A DNA stretch of 64,000 bases, from the NCBI GenBank assembly GCA_022703445.1, contig JAKLDR010000001.1, positions 23,884 to 87,883 of the forward strand, given 5' to 3'. Position numbers and translations under genes: made by a program. Shown one piece after another: positions 34,994 through 44,443 of the stretch (position 1 is its first letter; each line of letters starts with the position of its first letter). The notes under the pieces are model-generated. The model searched no databases. It saw nothing but the letters and a program-made list of their open reading frames with translations, and had not been told where the DNA came from. The stretch comes from Planctomycetota bacterium (GTDB lineage Bacteria; Planctomycetota; SZUA-567; JAKLDR01).

Positions 34994-36307
34994 TCATGGC
35001 ACCGGAGCCTTACTTGCCGTTATTGTTCGTTTGCTGGGAATCGCGTGCGCGGCGGGCGCATTTCCCGGGGAATTGCCACGCTCGACCTTCTGCTTCTCCT
35101 CCCACCACTCCCGCCAGGCCGCCGCGCCGGGCAGGTCCTGGCCGGTGACCTTCTTCAGCTGGGCGGTGACCGCCTCGGCGTCGGGCCCCTTGGCTTCGTC
35201 GAGCAGCCCCACCAGGAAGCCGGGGTCCTCGAGGAGCCCGAGGGCCGCGACCGCCGCGTCGATGCGTTTGAACTCGCGCCCCTTGGACTCGGCCAGGGAT
35301 TGCAGCCGGTTCTTGGCCTCGGGAGCGAGCTTCCCCTCCCTGAGCAGCTTCTCGATGGCCTCGCGGAAACGGCCGTAGGACTCGCCCAGCTTACTGCTGG
35401 CCGCCTCGCGCGCCTGGAAGTCGTTGTCGTCGAGCCCGCGGACGGCGTCCCCGAAGGCCTTGCGCTCCCCGTCGCCCGGCGGGCACAGTCTGGAGAGCAC
35501 CTGGGCCTTCACCGCCGGGTCGCTGGGCATGGGCGGCGGCGTGACGCCCAGGTGGCGGAGCAGCGGCAGCAGGTCCTTCTCCACCATGCCGCGGTGCTCC
35601 TTCCGCAGCGCGGCGAAGGACGCGGCCTGGGCCTGGAAAACGTCCTTGTCGCGGACGAGGATGACGCGCACGCCGCCGTCCTTCCGCTGGGTCAGGCGCA
35701 GGAAGAAGGTGTCGTCGGCGTCGCAGCCTATGAAGCGCACCCGGCCATCGCCGTCGTCCTGGAAGTCGATCTGGCAGCCGGGCTCGTTCTGCTCGGAAAG
35801 GATGACCCGGAAACGGCCCCGGCCGGTCTCCATCCGCCCGGAGAGCTTGGCGCCCTGGAAGTGGGTGGAGCGATCCTCGCCGCTGGAGAACAATCCCCCG
35901 CCGCGGCTGCCGCCGGCCTCGCAGATCTCACCGAAGAGGCCGTCGATGCCCGAGGCTCCATTTTCCGCCTGCATCTCGGCCATCTTGGCGGCCTGCTCCT
36001 CGGGCATGCCCTGCTTGACGAAATTGTTGGTGAGCTCCCGGACTGCCTGCTCCTTGGTCTTGGCGCCCTCCTCCTGGACCTCCCGGTCGAGCTTGATCCC
36101 CTGCCTATCCCAGGAGAGGCAGAGCAGTCGGCCCAGCGGCTTGGCCACCTCCTGCAGAGCCCCTTTCTTCATGCCGGGCGGCGTCCTGGCGATCGGGCCA
36201 GCCGCCGGCGGCTCGGCCTCACCGGACAGCACCCGGCGAGTCGGGCCAGGCAGCAGGCCGGACAGGCCCGCGCATAGGATGAAGATCGGGAAACGCGCGA
36301 TGTCCAT
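34994..36307 (-). CDS. Secreted hypothetical protein (437 aa)
   Basis: Signal-like N-terminus MDIARFPIFILCAGLSGLLPG...LSGE|AEP. Balanced, non-shadow amino-acid composition. Sits between two NHL paralogs on the same strand. No family recognised. Confidence 0.7.
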   Translation of the reverse strand: MDIARFPIFILCAGLSGLLPGPTRRVLSGEAEPPAAGPIARTPPGMKKGALQEVAKPLGRLLCLSWDRQGIKLDREVQEEGAKTKEQAVRELTNNFVKQGMPEEQAAKMAEMQAENGASGIDGLFGEICEAGGSRGGGLFSSGEDRSTHFQGAKLSGRMETGRGRFRVILSEQNEPGCQIDFQDDGDGRVRFIGCDADDTFFLRLTQRKDGGVRVILVRDKDVFQAQAASFAALRKEHRGMVEKDLLPLLRHLGVTPPPMPSDPAVKAQVLSRLCPPGDGERKAFGDAVRGLDDNDFQAREAASSKLGESYGRFREAIEKLLREGKLAPEAKNRLQSLAESKGREFKRIDAAVAALGLLEDPGFLVGLLDEAKGPDAEAVTAQLKKVTGQDLPGAAAWREWWEEKQKVERGNSPGNAPAAHAIPSKRTITASKAPVP

Positions 36308-36347
36308 CGCTTTGCAGACCTCTGGCGGCTTATGCCTTATGCTCCGC

Positions 36348-39059
36348 TCACGGCACCGCCACCGTTTCCTCGGCGGCGTAGACTTCGTCCAGGATCGTCA
36401 CCCGCGAGTTCTGGGTGTCCATTACCCGGATCCGGCCGTCCGTGCTGCCGCGGAAGACCACGTGGGGCCGGGCGAAGGCCAGTCGGCCCCTGCCGTCGTC
36501 CATGTTGCCGTAGCGGCCGAAGCGCAGCAGCAGGTTGCCCTCGGTGTCCAGCACGTGCACGCACATCCGGAAGGCGTCCGGCACGAAGATCCGGTCGTGC
36601 AGGTCGAGGTCGAGCCACGAGCCGCTGCACAGGCAGATCCCCAGATTGGCCGGATACGGCGATGCCCCCATGAAGATCCAGTCGACGTTCCGGCACTGGC
36701 CTCGCCACTCCGCGCGCGGCGGACCGCACCACACCGTCTCCGGCTTCCTGAGCAGGTCCTCTTGGGTGACCGGCTGGGGATTGGCGCCGGCGGCCTTCTT
36801 CCATTCGAATCCGCCCCCCTGGTTGGAGATTTTTATTAGCGAGCTGCAGTTGAAGCCGTAGGGGCTCAGACCGCTGTGGCCCCGCGGGACGAAGGCACTG
36901 TGCCCCCTCGCCGCCAGAGCCGCTTCCAGTTCACTGGGCAGAATCCTGCCCACCGGGAAGAAGTGCTCGGTGGTATAGACGTTGCCCCGGCGGTCGCAGC
37001 GGACGCTGCGGGCCCGGCTGCCCGATTCGGGCAGGCCGAACACGAAGTCCCGCACCACCGTGCCGTCGGGGCGGACCTTGTCGACGCCGTCGGTCTGCTG
37101 CGAACTGTAGGTCGGGTGGGCCTCCTCCGGAAACGGGTTTTTCTTGAAGTACCGGATCAAGAGCTCGTTCTGGCTGCTGACCTCGTCCACCATCCAGTGG
37201 ATGCGGCTGCCCCCCGCCCGATCCTTCGAGGAGATCCGCGCGTCGGGCCCCGGGAAAGGGACCTCCTTGCCCGCCGCGTCCGTCCGCGCCAGCCACGATC
37301 CCCCGAGGCGTTCGTGCTCCAGCCCGGGGCCGACGAACCGATAGGCGTAGCCGTCCCGCTGCAGGGCGCGTTGGCCGGCGATCGGCAGGGAGTCCGGGTC
37401 TTCGGTGCCGTTCCACACGGCGCTGTTCATGTCCACGTAGGGAAGTTGGCGGAGTTCCTTGCCGGCATCGGCCACCCGCACCAAACCGCACACGTAGCCC
37501 CTGGGCCAGACCATCTTGTCCGACGAGGTGCATCCCAGCCAGACCACGGGCTCCTTGCCGGCCACCGACAGCGCCATCCCGCAGAGCCGGGTTGGGCCGT
37601 AGGCGGGCATGCCCTTCGGACGGATGTCCTGATAGGCGTCGACCGACGCGAGCTCCTTGCCGTCCGCGGAGAACTTCAGCAGCTTCTCGGCTGTGGCGTG
37701 CTCCAGATCCCCCGCCCTGGCCCGTAACACGTATAGCGAGCCGTCCCTGGGATGAACGCGGACGTAGTAGGGCCGGTCGGTCCGGATCAGCTCGGTAGCT
37801 TCGCCCTTGGCGTTCAGCTTGACGACGCGGTTCGCGCCGCAGTCGGCGACGTAGAGGTTGCCGGCGCCGTCGGCCGCCAGGTCCGTCCAGGCCGAGCCCG
37901 CCTTGCCGTCGCCCTTCCAGAAGATCTCGGGCTTGCCGGCCGGATCCAGGTCCATCCGGTAGATCACCGTCTTGCCCGGCTCCTTGGGATCCGGCTTCTC
38001 CTGCCCGAATGCGAACAGCGTCCTGCCGTCCGGCCCGGCGGCCGCCATGGCCAGCCCCGGGGCGTTGGCGCGGGCGTCCCAGCTGTAGCTCTTCCCGGGA
38101 GGCAGGGGGCGGTACACGTCCTTCTCCGGGAAGGAGCCGTCGCTGCCCAGACGAATCAGCTCCCGCGGAGCCATCGCCAGCAGCAGATGCTTGCCGTCGG
38201 GCTCGATCGCCAGGCGCTGTGCGCCGATGGTCCGCGACTGATAGTAGAACCCCTCCTGCTCCAGGATCAGGCCCCCGTCCGCCAGCTTCAGCACCGGAAG
38301 CTGGGGATCGAGCCGCAGCTTGGCGGCCGGCGGAGGATAGACCTCGCGGACGTAGTTGCCCTCCGGATCGAGAACGATCAGATGCGCGAAGGCGGACTTC
38401 TGCCCGTTCCAGATGTAGCCGCCCAGGACGTAGATGCTGCCGTCCGGACCGGCGGCGATGTCCTGGATGCGCTGGATGTTCCGGCCGTCCCAGGGCACGC
38501 CCGGCAGGGAGGAGAACGCCCGGGTGGCATTGGCCGCGTTCTCGCCGGCATACCTCACGCCCAGGCCCAGACCTACGCGCACCTTGCACCCGCCTTCCGC
38601 CTTCGCCGAGGCTACGGCGGACACGTCGCCTGACGACTTCGGCGCGGCAAGCGGCCCGGCGACCAGCTTGCCGTCGTCATCCTTCCGGTCCCAGACCAGC
38701 GACTGCCTGAGGCTGTCCCTGGCCAACGGCTCGGGAGCGTTCGCCCCAAGCAACCCGGCGGCCAGGTGGCGGACCACTTTGCCGTTGGCATCCTGAATCT
38801 CCACGGCCACGTCGGTAGCCTTGTTGACCTCGAACTCGATCCGGACCTTGTCGCCATCGGCTTTGGCCGTCGGCTTGGCCTTGAACTCCACCCCCTCCTT
38901 CGGCGGCAGCCCCGGCACGCCCTGGCCGAAGCTGACGTCCGGAGCCTTGGCATCTGGATCCTCGCCGGCCGAGCCAGTCAGGCACCAGCCACCTATAACG
39001 AAGACCAGTCCCGCCAAAAACGGAGACAGCCGGGTTTGTCTCGCGATTATGTTCAGCAC
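36348..39059 (-). CDS. Secreted NHL-type beta-propeller family protein, paralog e
   Basis: 903-aa ORF with signal ..VFVIGGWCLTGSAGE|DPD. Ig-like domain: IEFEVNKATDVAVEIQDANGKVVRHLAAGLLG. Blades: AADGAGNLYVADCGANRVVKLNAKG. CxC segment: ICLCSGSWLDLDLHDRIFVPDAFRMCVHVLDTE. Tail: YAAEETVAVP. Confidence 0.9.
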   Translation of the reverse strand: MLNIIARQTRLSPFLAGLVFVIGGWCLTGSAGEDPDAKAPDVSFGQGVPGLPPKEGVEFKAKPTAKADGDKVRIEFEVNKATDVAVEIQDANGKVVRHLAAGLLGANAPEPLARDSLRQSLVWDRKDDDGKLVAGPLAAPKSSGDVSAVASAKAEGGCKVRVGLGLGVRYAGENAANATRAFSSLPGVPWDGRNIQRIQDIAAGPDGSIYVLGGYIWNGQKSAFAHLIVLDPEGNYVREVYPPPAAKLRLDPQLPVLKLADGGLILEQEGFYYQSRTIGAQRLAIEPDGKHLLLAMAPRELIRLGSDGSFPEKDVYRPLPPGKSYSWDARANAPGLAMAAAGPDGRTLFAFGQEKPDPKEPGKTVIYRMDLDPAGKPEIFWKGDGKAGSAWTDLAADGAGNLYVADCGANRVVKLNAKGEATELIRTDRPYYVRVHPRDGSLYVLRARAGDLEHATAEKLLKFSADGKELASVDAYQDIRPKGMPAYGPTRLCGMALSVAGKEPVVWLGCTSSDKMVWPRGYVCGLVRVADAGKELRQLPYVDMNSAVWNGTEDPDSLPIAGQRALQRDGYAYRFVGPGLEHERLGGSWLARTDAAGKEVPFPGPDARISSKDRAGGSRIHWMVDEVSSQNELLIRYFKKNPFPEEAHPTYSSQQTDGVDKVRPDGTVVRDFVFGLPESGSRARSVRCDRRGNVYTTEHFFPVGRILPSELEAALAARGHSAFVPRGHSGLSPYGFNCSSLIKISNQGGGFEWKKAAGANPQPVTQEDLLRKPETVWCGPPRAEWRGQCRNVDWIFMGASPYPANLGICLCSGSWLDLDLHDRIFVPDAFRMCVHVLDTEGNLLLRFGRYGNMDDGRGRLAFARPHVVFRGSTDGRIRVMDTQNSRVTILDEVYAAEETVAVP

Positions 39060-39082
39060 AGCCTTTCCTCCTTCCTCAATGC

Positions 39083-40282
39083 CTACCCCTGAGATCCCGC
39101 GCCGACGCCGCCAGCCATCACGGTCGGCTCGGGCCGGCCGCAGCTGGCTCGGACCACCAGTTCCACCGGCAGCCGCTCCCTGCGCGGCGCCCGGCGCGCC
39201 CCGGCCATCTGTTCCAGGAGCAGCCCGACCAGCGTGCCGGCCATGTCCTCCTGCTTGAACTCGAGCGCCGAGAGCTCGGCCAGCCCGGCCGGGTCCTCGA
39301 CCAGCCGGTTGTCGCCGAAGCTAATCACCGAGAGGTCGCCAGGGCAGCGCAGCCCTGCAGTCCGCGCCGCGGCGATGAGCCCCAGGGCGATCTCGTCGCT
39401 GCCGCTGCAGATGGCCGCGGTTGGGCGCTCACCCTCCGGCGCGGCCAGCATTTGCATCAGGGCCTCCTCGCCGCCGCTGCGCCCGTCGGCCAGCCCGGTC
39501 AGGATCCATTCCTGTCCGGAACACCCGCCGACCCCGAGCGCCTCCTCGAAGGCGGTCGCCCGCTCCGAGCCCTGGCGCTGCCCGGAGGTGAAGAAGCTCA
39601 GGCGGACGTGTCCCTGCCCGCGGAGGTATTCCACAGCCTTCAGGATTGCCCCGCGGTTGTCGATATCCACTTGGTCGCAGCGCTCGGCCAGATCGTCGGG
39701 CAGCAGCCATCTTCCCGGGTGGCCTTCCAGCACGACCGGCAGTTTCGCGCGGATCCACGCAGCCAGTTCGAGAGAGGCGACGCCGCCCGTTGCCGGGGTG
39801 ACGATCAGCCCGGCCGCCCCTGCACCTCGGCAGCGCCGGATGCAGTCGCTTTCCTGCGTTCCATCGAGGCGCGACGAGCAGATCAGCAGCCCCCGCCCGG
39901 ACCTGGCCAGAAGGTTCTCGATGACGCCGATCGACCTGGACGGGGCGCGGCCGTTGTTGCTCACGTCCTGCCGGATCAGCCCGACCGGCCGTCCCCTGGC
40001 GGTCTCGCGCCGGAAGCTGACCACGCGGTAGCCCACCCGCGGACAGCACTCGAGCACGCCCTCGGCCACCAGTTTGCGGAGCGCCGAACGCACCGTGATC
40101 CGCCCGATCCGGTGCCGGGCGGCCAGCGTCCGCTCCGGCGGCAGGAGGTCGCCTGGCTTCGCGCCGCCCGCCTCGATGGCCGCGGCCAGAGCCTCGGCCA
40201 TGGAGTCGAGCATCAGCCGGCCGTCCGTCTTCGGCCGCCCCGCGGGCAGCAGCTTCGGTTCCTTCCCGGTGCGCTTGGCCAT
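39083..40282 (-). CDS. Transcriptional regulator R4, GntR-type HTH + LacI/PBP1-like domain
   Basis: ORF 39083..40297 trimmed to MAKRTGKEP. HTH: LPPERTLAARHRIGRITVRSALRKLVAEGVLECCPRVGYRV. PBP-like body: GLLICSS.., GLIVTPA.., VVLEGH.., RLSFFTS... Lies 23 nt upstream of NHL paralog e on the same strand. Confidence 0.85.
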   Translation of the reverse strand: MAKRTGKEPKLLPAGRPKTDGRLMLDSMAEALAAAIEAGGAKPGDLLPPERTLAARHRIGRITVRSALRKLVAEGVLECCPRVGYRVVSFRRETARGRPVGLIRQDVSNNGRAPSRSIGVIENLLARSGRGLLICSSRLDGTQESDCIRRCRGAGAAGLIVTPATGGVASLELAAWIRAKLPVVLEGHPGRWLLPDDLAERCDQVDIDNRGAILKAVEYLRGQGHVRLSFFTSGQRQGSERATAFEEALGVGGCSGQEWILTGLADGRSGGEEALMQMLAAPEGERPTAAICSGSDEIALGLIAAARTAGLRCPGDLSVISFGDNRLVEDPAGLAELSALEFKQEDMAGTLVGLLLEQMAGARRAPRRERLPVELVVRASCGRPEPTVMAGGVGAGSQG

Positions 40283-40504
40283 CTCAACCTCCAACATGTG
40301 GTTCTGTTGTGGTGCTATACACCTGAGGCAGAGATTCTGTTGTCATGAAATGCCGAAAATCTGGCCATCGACGGTAACGTGCGGTAAGGCATCTTGCCAT
40401 ATCGGCGCGTGGTTGCGAACAATTCCATAAGACTCACAATATATGCGAGTTAAGAACTATATGTGGTTTCTGGAGACTTGCGGAAACCACTCGGCTAAAT
40501 AAGA

Positions 40505-40569
40505 TAGCTATTATAACAAAGGAATAGACATTTATGGCCGACCGGTGTATCCTCTTTCACCGGAGGATC
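40505..40569 (+). promoter_or_regulatory. Conserved 5' control region of regulator R3 (second copy of 7545..7610)
   Basis: tagctattataacaaaggaatagacatttatggccgaccggtgtatcctctttcaccggaggatc matches the copy at 7545..7610 at most positions. Differences cluster in the loop of the CCGGTG/CACCGG stem. Confidence 0.5.
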
Positions 40570-40575
40570 CACCCG

Positions 40576-41706
40576 ATGGCCGGCAAACTGGTCGCCACGC
40601 CCAAGTACCAGATGGTCAAGCAGGCACTCATGGACCGGATCGCCGGCCGGCGCTACTCGGCCGAGCTGGCCGTGCCGCCCGAGAGGGTCCTGGCCCAGGA
40701 GCTGGGCGTGGCGCCCATGACCGCCCGGCGCGCGCTGCAGGAGCTGGTCAGGGAAGGCATCCTGATCCGGGAGCGCGGCCGGGGCCGGGGCACGTTCGTG
40801 CGTCAGGGCGCCGTCCCGCCGGGCGGCGAGCCGGTCAAGGCGGATGCGCGCCTCCGCCGGGTGGGAGTCATCCACGCCTACGACTGGGAGCGGTTGCAGG
40901 CCTCGCCGGTCTACCATCTGACCTTCCTGGAGGTGCAGCGCGAGTGCGCCCGGCGCGGCGTGGGGCTCGAGCTGCTCCCCGTTCAGCCCGGCGACGGGAA
41001 GAACCCGGCCGAGCTCGCGCGCCAGGCCGGCTGCCAGGCGCTCATGGTTCTGGACTGGACCGAAGGGGCGCCCGAGCTTCTGGCGATGGCCGCCGACCGG
41101 CTTCCGGTGGTGGTCGCCGGGCCATTCCAGGAGATGGCCCCGCTCTCCTTCGTGGCCTCCAACGACTTCCAGGGCGCCTGGGCGGCCACCCGGCACCTCC
41201 TCGACCTGGGCCACCGGCAGGTGGCCATGGTCAACTTGCGGAAGATCGCCAAGGCCTCCTCCGACCGGCAGGGCGCCTGGGAAATGGCCCTGGACCGCGC
41301 GGGCATCGAGTCGGACGGCCTGCTCTACCGGGTCGGCCGGCTCAAGCAGGGCCAGGGCGAGGACTTTCAGGAGATAAAGGCCGCGCTGGTCGAGGCGTTC
41401 CGCCTCCGGCCGCCGCCTTCGGCGATCTTCGCGCGCGACGGCTTCATGGCCACCGCGGCCATCGGCGCGTTCCGCGAGCTCGGCCGGCGCTGCCCGGAGG
41501 ACGTCAGCGTGGCCTGCGTGGGCCGGTTCTTCGAGCAGGCCCTGGACGGCCCGCGGCTGACGGCCGCCCAGTACGAGGACGGGGCGCTGGGGCGCGAGCT
41601 GCTGCAGCTCGTCGAGGACCAGCTCGCCGGGCGGCGCTCTTCTCCGGCCGGCGTGCTTCTGCCCATGCGGGTGGTCGAGGGGCAGACCACGCGGAAGGTC
41701 GAGTGA
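40576..41706 (+). CDS. Transcriptional regulator R3, GntR-type HTH + LacI/PBP1-like domain (376 aa), near-duplicate of R2
   Basis: ORF 40534..41706 trimmed to MAGKLVATPKYQMVKQALMDRI. Long identical runs with R2, e.g. ARLRRVGVIHAYDWERLQASPVYHLTFLEVQRECARRGVGLELLP and PRLTAAQYEDGALGRELLQLVED. Confidence 0.9.
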   Translation: MAGKLVATPKYQMVKQALMDRIAGRRYSAELAVPPERVLAQELGVAPMTARRALQELVREGILIRERGRGRGTFVRQGAVPPGGEPVKADARLRRVGVIHAYDWERLQASPVYHLTFLEVQRECARRGVGLELLPVQPGDGKNPAELARQAGCQALMVLDWTEGAPELLAMAADRLPVVVAGPFQEMAPLSFVASNDFQGAWAATRHLLDLGHRQVAMVNLRKIAKASSDRQGAWEMALDRAGIESDGLLYRVGRLKQGQGEDFQEIKAALVEAFRLRPPPSAIFARDGFMATAAIGAFRELGRRCPEDVSVACVGRFFEQALDGPRLTAAQYEDGALGRELLQLVEDQLAGRRSSPAGVLLPMRVVEGQTTRKVE

Positions 41707-41734
41707 GAGGACGGAGGCGGTGCCGAAAGCGGAT

Positions 41735-41820
41735 GGGTGGACGGTGGAGGGTGGAAGGTGGAGGGCAACGGGGACTTGGCGCTCAGCCCTCCACCTTCCA
41801 CCTTCCACCTTCCACCGCCC
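41735..41820. repeat. Long imperfect hairpin built from tandem heptamers (GGTGGAN x4 / TTCCACC x4)
   Basis: Left arm gggtggacggtggagggtggaaggtggagggc; loop aacggggacttggcgctca (19 nt); right arm gccctccaccttccaccttccaccttccaccgccc. The inner 17 bp are perfect and ~30 bp pair with 2-3 mismatches. It lies in the 132-nt spacer between R3 and Kelch paralog B1. The equivalent spacer after R2 is only 10 nt. Confidence 0.8.
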
Positions 41821-41838
41821 AGAAAGTGGAGATCGACC

Positions 41839-44442
41839 ATGCGACTGATTCCGACCTGCGCAGCGGTTCTGATGACTCTGACCGGCTTGGCCCCCGCCGG
41901 CGAGCTCAAGAGCCTGCCCGAGAATAAGTGGACCGAGCTGTCCGCCGGCACCGGGAACCCCTACGTCAACCCGGTCTACGATCCGGGGACGAAGCAGATT
42001 GTCATGCTCCTGGCCGGCGGCAACGGCACTGCGCACCTCGACCCGGCGACGGGCCAGTGGCAGCCGGGCCTGGCCCCGGCCGGCGGGGCCGAGGGTGGCG
42101 ACCAGCCGCTCCTCAAGCCCTACGCGCTCGCCGGGGGGCGGCCCAACTATAAGAATATGCTCATTTACCACATGACCGCCTACGACTCCAAGCGCCAGAG
42201 GCTGATCGCCGGCGCGGGATCCTTCATGGCCGCCTATGACCCCCGGGAGAGGAAGTGGACCGACCTCGGAGCCAAGGTCGAGCTCTACGGCAAGCAGTAC
42301 CCGGGGGCCGCGCCGGTGACCTGGGGCTCGATGTGCTACGACCCGGTCAACGACGAAATCGTCTGCTTCTCCGGCGGCGCCATCTACAACTTCGACAACT
42401 GGGAGAAGGACAAGGAGGTCACCGGCGCCTTCGGCACCTGGATCTTCAGCTGCGAGAAGAACCTCTGGACCCGCCCGAAGATCGGGCCGGCGGCGTTCTA
42501 CAAGGCGCGCGACCTGGTCCGCCCGGTTCGCATCCAACTTCAGGATGTGATGAGCGCCACCGGCGAGGCCATCGTCGTGGACCGCGATGGCAAGGCCGAG
42601 GAGGCCAGAAAGCAGGTTGCCGGACAGGCCGTGGCCATCGAGAAGGCGGCTGCGGATCTCAAGAAGCTTGCCGCCGACGTGAAGGCACTCGGCACCGAGC
42701 CGCGGCTGGCCTCGGCTGCAGGCAAGCTCGAATCCGCAGCTGGCAAGCTCGTCAAGGACGGCTCCCTCGACGACATCTACAAGGCCCAGTTCGAGGCCCT
42801 GAAGCTCGTGACCGCCGCGGTCGACGAGGACCTCTGGAGCCACCCGCACTACCGGACGCTCTCGCGGATGGTCTACCTGCCGGAGCAGAAGGCCATCCTG
42901 CTCTTCGGCGGCCACGACCAGAACCAGATGCTCAACGACACCTGGCTGTACGACTGCACCAAGCGCGAGTGGCTGAAGAAGAGCCCCAAGACGCTGCCCC
43001 GGCCGCGGATGATGCAGGTCATGGTCTACGACGCGAAGCTCAAGGCGGCGGTCATGGCCGGCGGGTACTCCAGCTACTGGTTCGAGCGTAAGGACCAGGT
43101 CTGCGAGGAGGTCTGGACCTACGACGCGGCGGCCGACGACTGGAAGCTGGTCCTGGGCGAGTTCCCCTTCAAGCGCGGGGAGCCGTCCTACTTCGCGGAG
43201 TACAGCGAGGCCGACGATGCCATTGTCATGGTCCGCGGCGGGCGCGAGACCTTCGCGCTGCGGCTGGCGCCTGGCGCAGCGCTTCCCGCCCCGAAGACCG
43301 AGGCCTTTCCCAAGCCGGAAGACATCGAGCCCTTCCTGCCGCCGAAGGAGGACCCGGCGGTCGTTGAGCGCTGGAAGGCGCTGCCGGCCAACACCTGGGT
43401 CCCGGCCGACCCTCCCGGCTGGGAGCCGGGCGAGCACGGTTGGGGCATGATGGGCATGAACGGCCGGCTGCACGCCGCGATCATGTGGGGCGGCGGGCAC
43501 TCCACCCACCAGGCCAACGAGATCAGCCTGTACTTCCCCGGGGCCAACCGATGGGTCCTGGCCTACCCTCACCACCGGATCGACATCCCGCCCTGGAACA
43601 AGGGCTGCGGCAACGCCGGCGGCGTGGACCTGCGCGGCGGGGTCTTCAACGAGCACGCCCGGCGGGGCCTGTCCGGCAACGGCGGCAAAACGCTGATCAA
43701 CTTCCAAATCTTCAGCCCCTACTGGTACGGCCCGGAGGCCTTCTTCAAACAGCCCGAGTCCTGGGGCCGGACCACCACCTTCGAGTTCGACATGTTCTCC
43801 CGGCGCTGGCGGATGCCCCTGCCGGCCGTCGGGACCGCCGGCATGTGCTACCCGTACAACGCCAAGAACACGGTGATGGCCGTGGATGCCAGCGGCGCAC
43901 GCTACTGGGATTCGGTCGAGGGGACCTGGAAGGTGGCCAGCGACGCCAAGTGCCCGACGCCCCCGGGCGCCGGCGAAGGGGCTGGGAACCTCTTCATCGA
44001 GAAGCGCAACCAGGTGGTGGTCATCGGCCCGGTCGGCAAGGAGGGCACGATCCAGACTTGGGCCCTGGACATCGCCGCCGGCGCCTGGAAGAATGTGGAC
44101 CCCAAGGGCGTCCCGCCCGGCCGGCCCACGGCGCTGGCCTACTGCGAGGCCGACGACTGCGTCTACGCCGGCTGCTTCACCGGCTTCGACAAGAAGACGC
44201 CCGATGGGCAGGAGGCGGTTTACTCGTTCAAGAAGAACGAATGGACCAGTCTCCCCACAAAAGTCCAGAAGCGGGTCATCAAGCCCGGCCAGCCCTGGAG
44301 ACCCGAGGGCATGGGGGCGCACCACACCGGCTGGAGCAAGATCGCCTACAGCCCGCGCTACAACCTGCTCATGAGCTTCCAGGAGAACGGCGGCATGTGG
44401 GTCATGCGCCCAGACTTCGAGAAGCTGGATTGGGGGAAGTGA
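41839..44442 (+). CDS. Secreted Kelch-type double beta-propeller protein, paralog B1
   Basis: ORF 41737..44442 trimmed to MRLIPTCAAVLMTLTGLAPAGE|LKSLPENKW. Kelch blades (MVYLPEQKAILLFGGHDQNQMLNDTWLYDCTKREW). Helical insert (AIEKAAADLKKLAADVKALG..). Second module WKALPANTWVPADPP...MWGGGHSTHQANEI. Tail: MRPDFEKLDWGK. Confidence 0.9.
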   Translation: MRLIPTCAAVLMTLTGLAPAGELKSLPENKWTELSAGTGNPYVNPVYDPGTKQIVMLLAGGNGTAHLDPATGQWQPGLAPAGGAEGGDQPLLKPYALAGGRPNYKNMLIYHMTAYDSKRQRLIAGAGSFMAAYDPRERKWTDLGAKVELYGKQYPGAAPVTWGSMCYDPVNDEIVCFSGGAIYNFDNWEKDKEVTGAFGTWIFSCEKNLWTRPKIGPAAFYKARDLVRPVRIQLQDVMSATGEAIVVDRDGKAEEARKQVAGQAVAIEKAAADLKKLAADVKALGTEPRLASAAGKLESAAGKLVKDGSLDDIYKAQFEALKLVTAAVDEDLWSHPHYRTLSRMVYLPEQKAILLFGGHDQNQMLNDTWLYDCTKREWLKKSPKTLPRPRMMQVMVYDAKLKAAVMAGGYSSYWFERKDQVCEEVWTYDAAADDWKLVLGEFPFKRGEPSYFAEYSEADDAIVMVRGGRETFALRLAPGAALPAPKTEAFPKPEDIEPFLPPKEDPAVVERWKALPANTWVPADPPGWEPGEHGWGMMGMNGRLHAAIMWGGGHSTHQANEISLYFPGANRWVLAYPHHRIDIPPWNKGCGNAGGVDLRGGVFNEHARRGLSGNGGKTLINFQIFSPYWYGPEAFFKQPESWGRTTTFEFDMFSRRWRMPLPAVGTAGMCYPYNAKNTVMAVDASGARYWDSVEGTWKVASDAKCPTPPGAGEGAGNLFIEKRNQVVVIGPVGKEGTIQTWALDIAAGAWKNVDPKGVPPGRPTALAYCEADDCVYAGCFTGFDKKTPDGQEAVYSFKKNEWTSLPTKVQKRVIKPGQPWRPEGMGAHHTGWSKIAYSPRYNLLMSFQENGGMWVMRPDFEKLDWGK

Positions 44443-44443
44443 C

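Noticed and set aside
41735-41773. Possible G-quadruplex in the G-rich left arm of the heptamer hairpin (GGG..GGG..GGG..GGGG)
   Set aside because: Loops of ~11 nt are long for a stable G4, and the complementary C-rich arm 20 nt away would favour the duplex hairpin.
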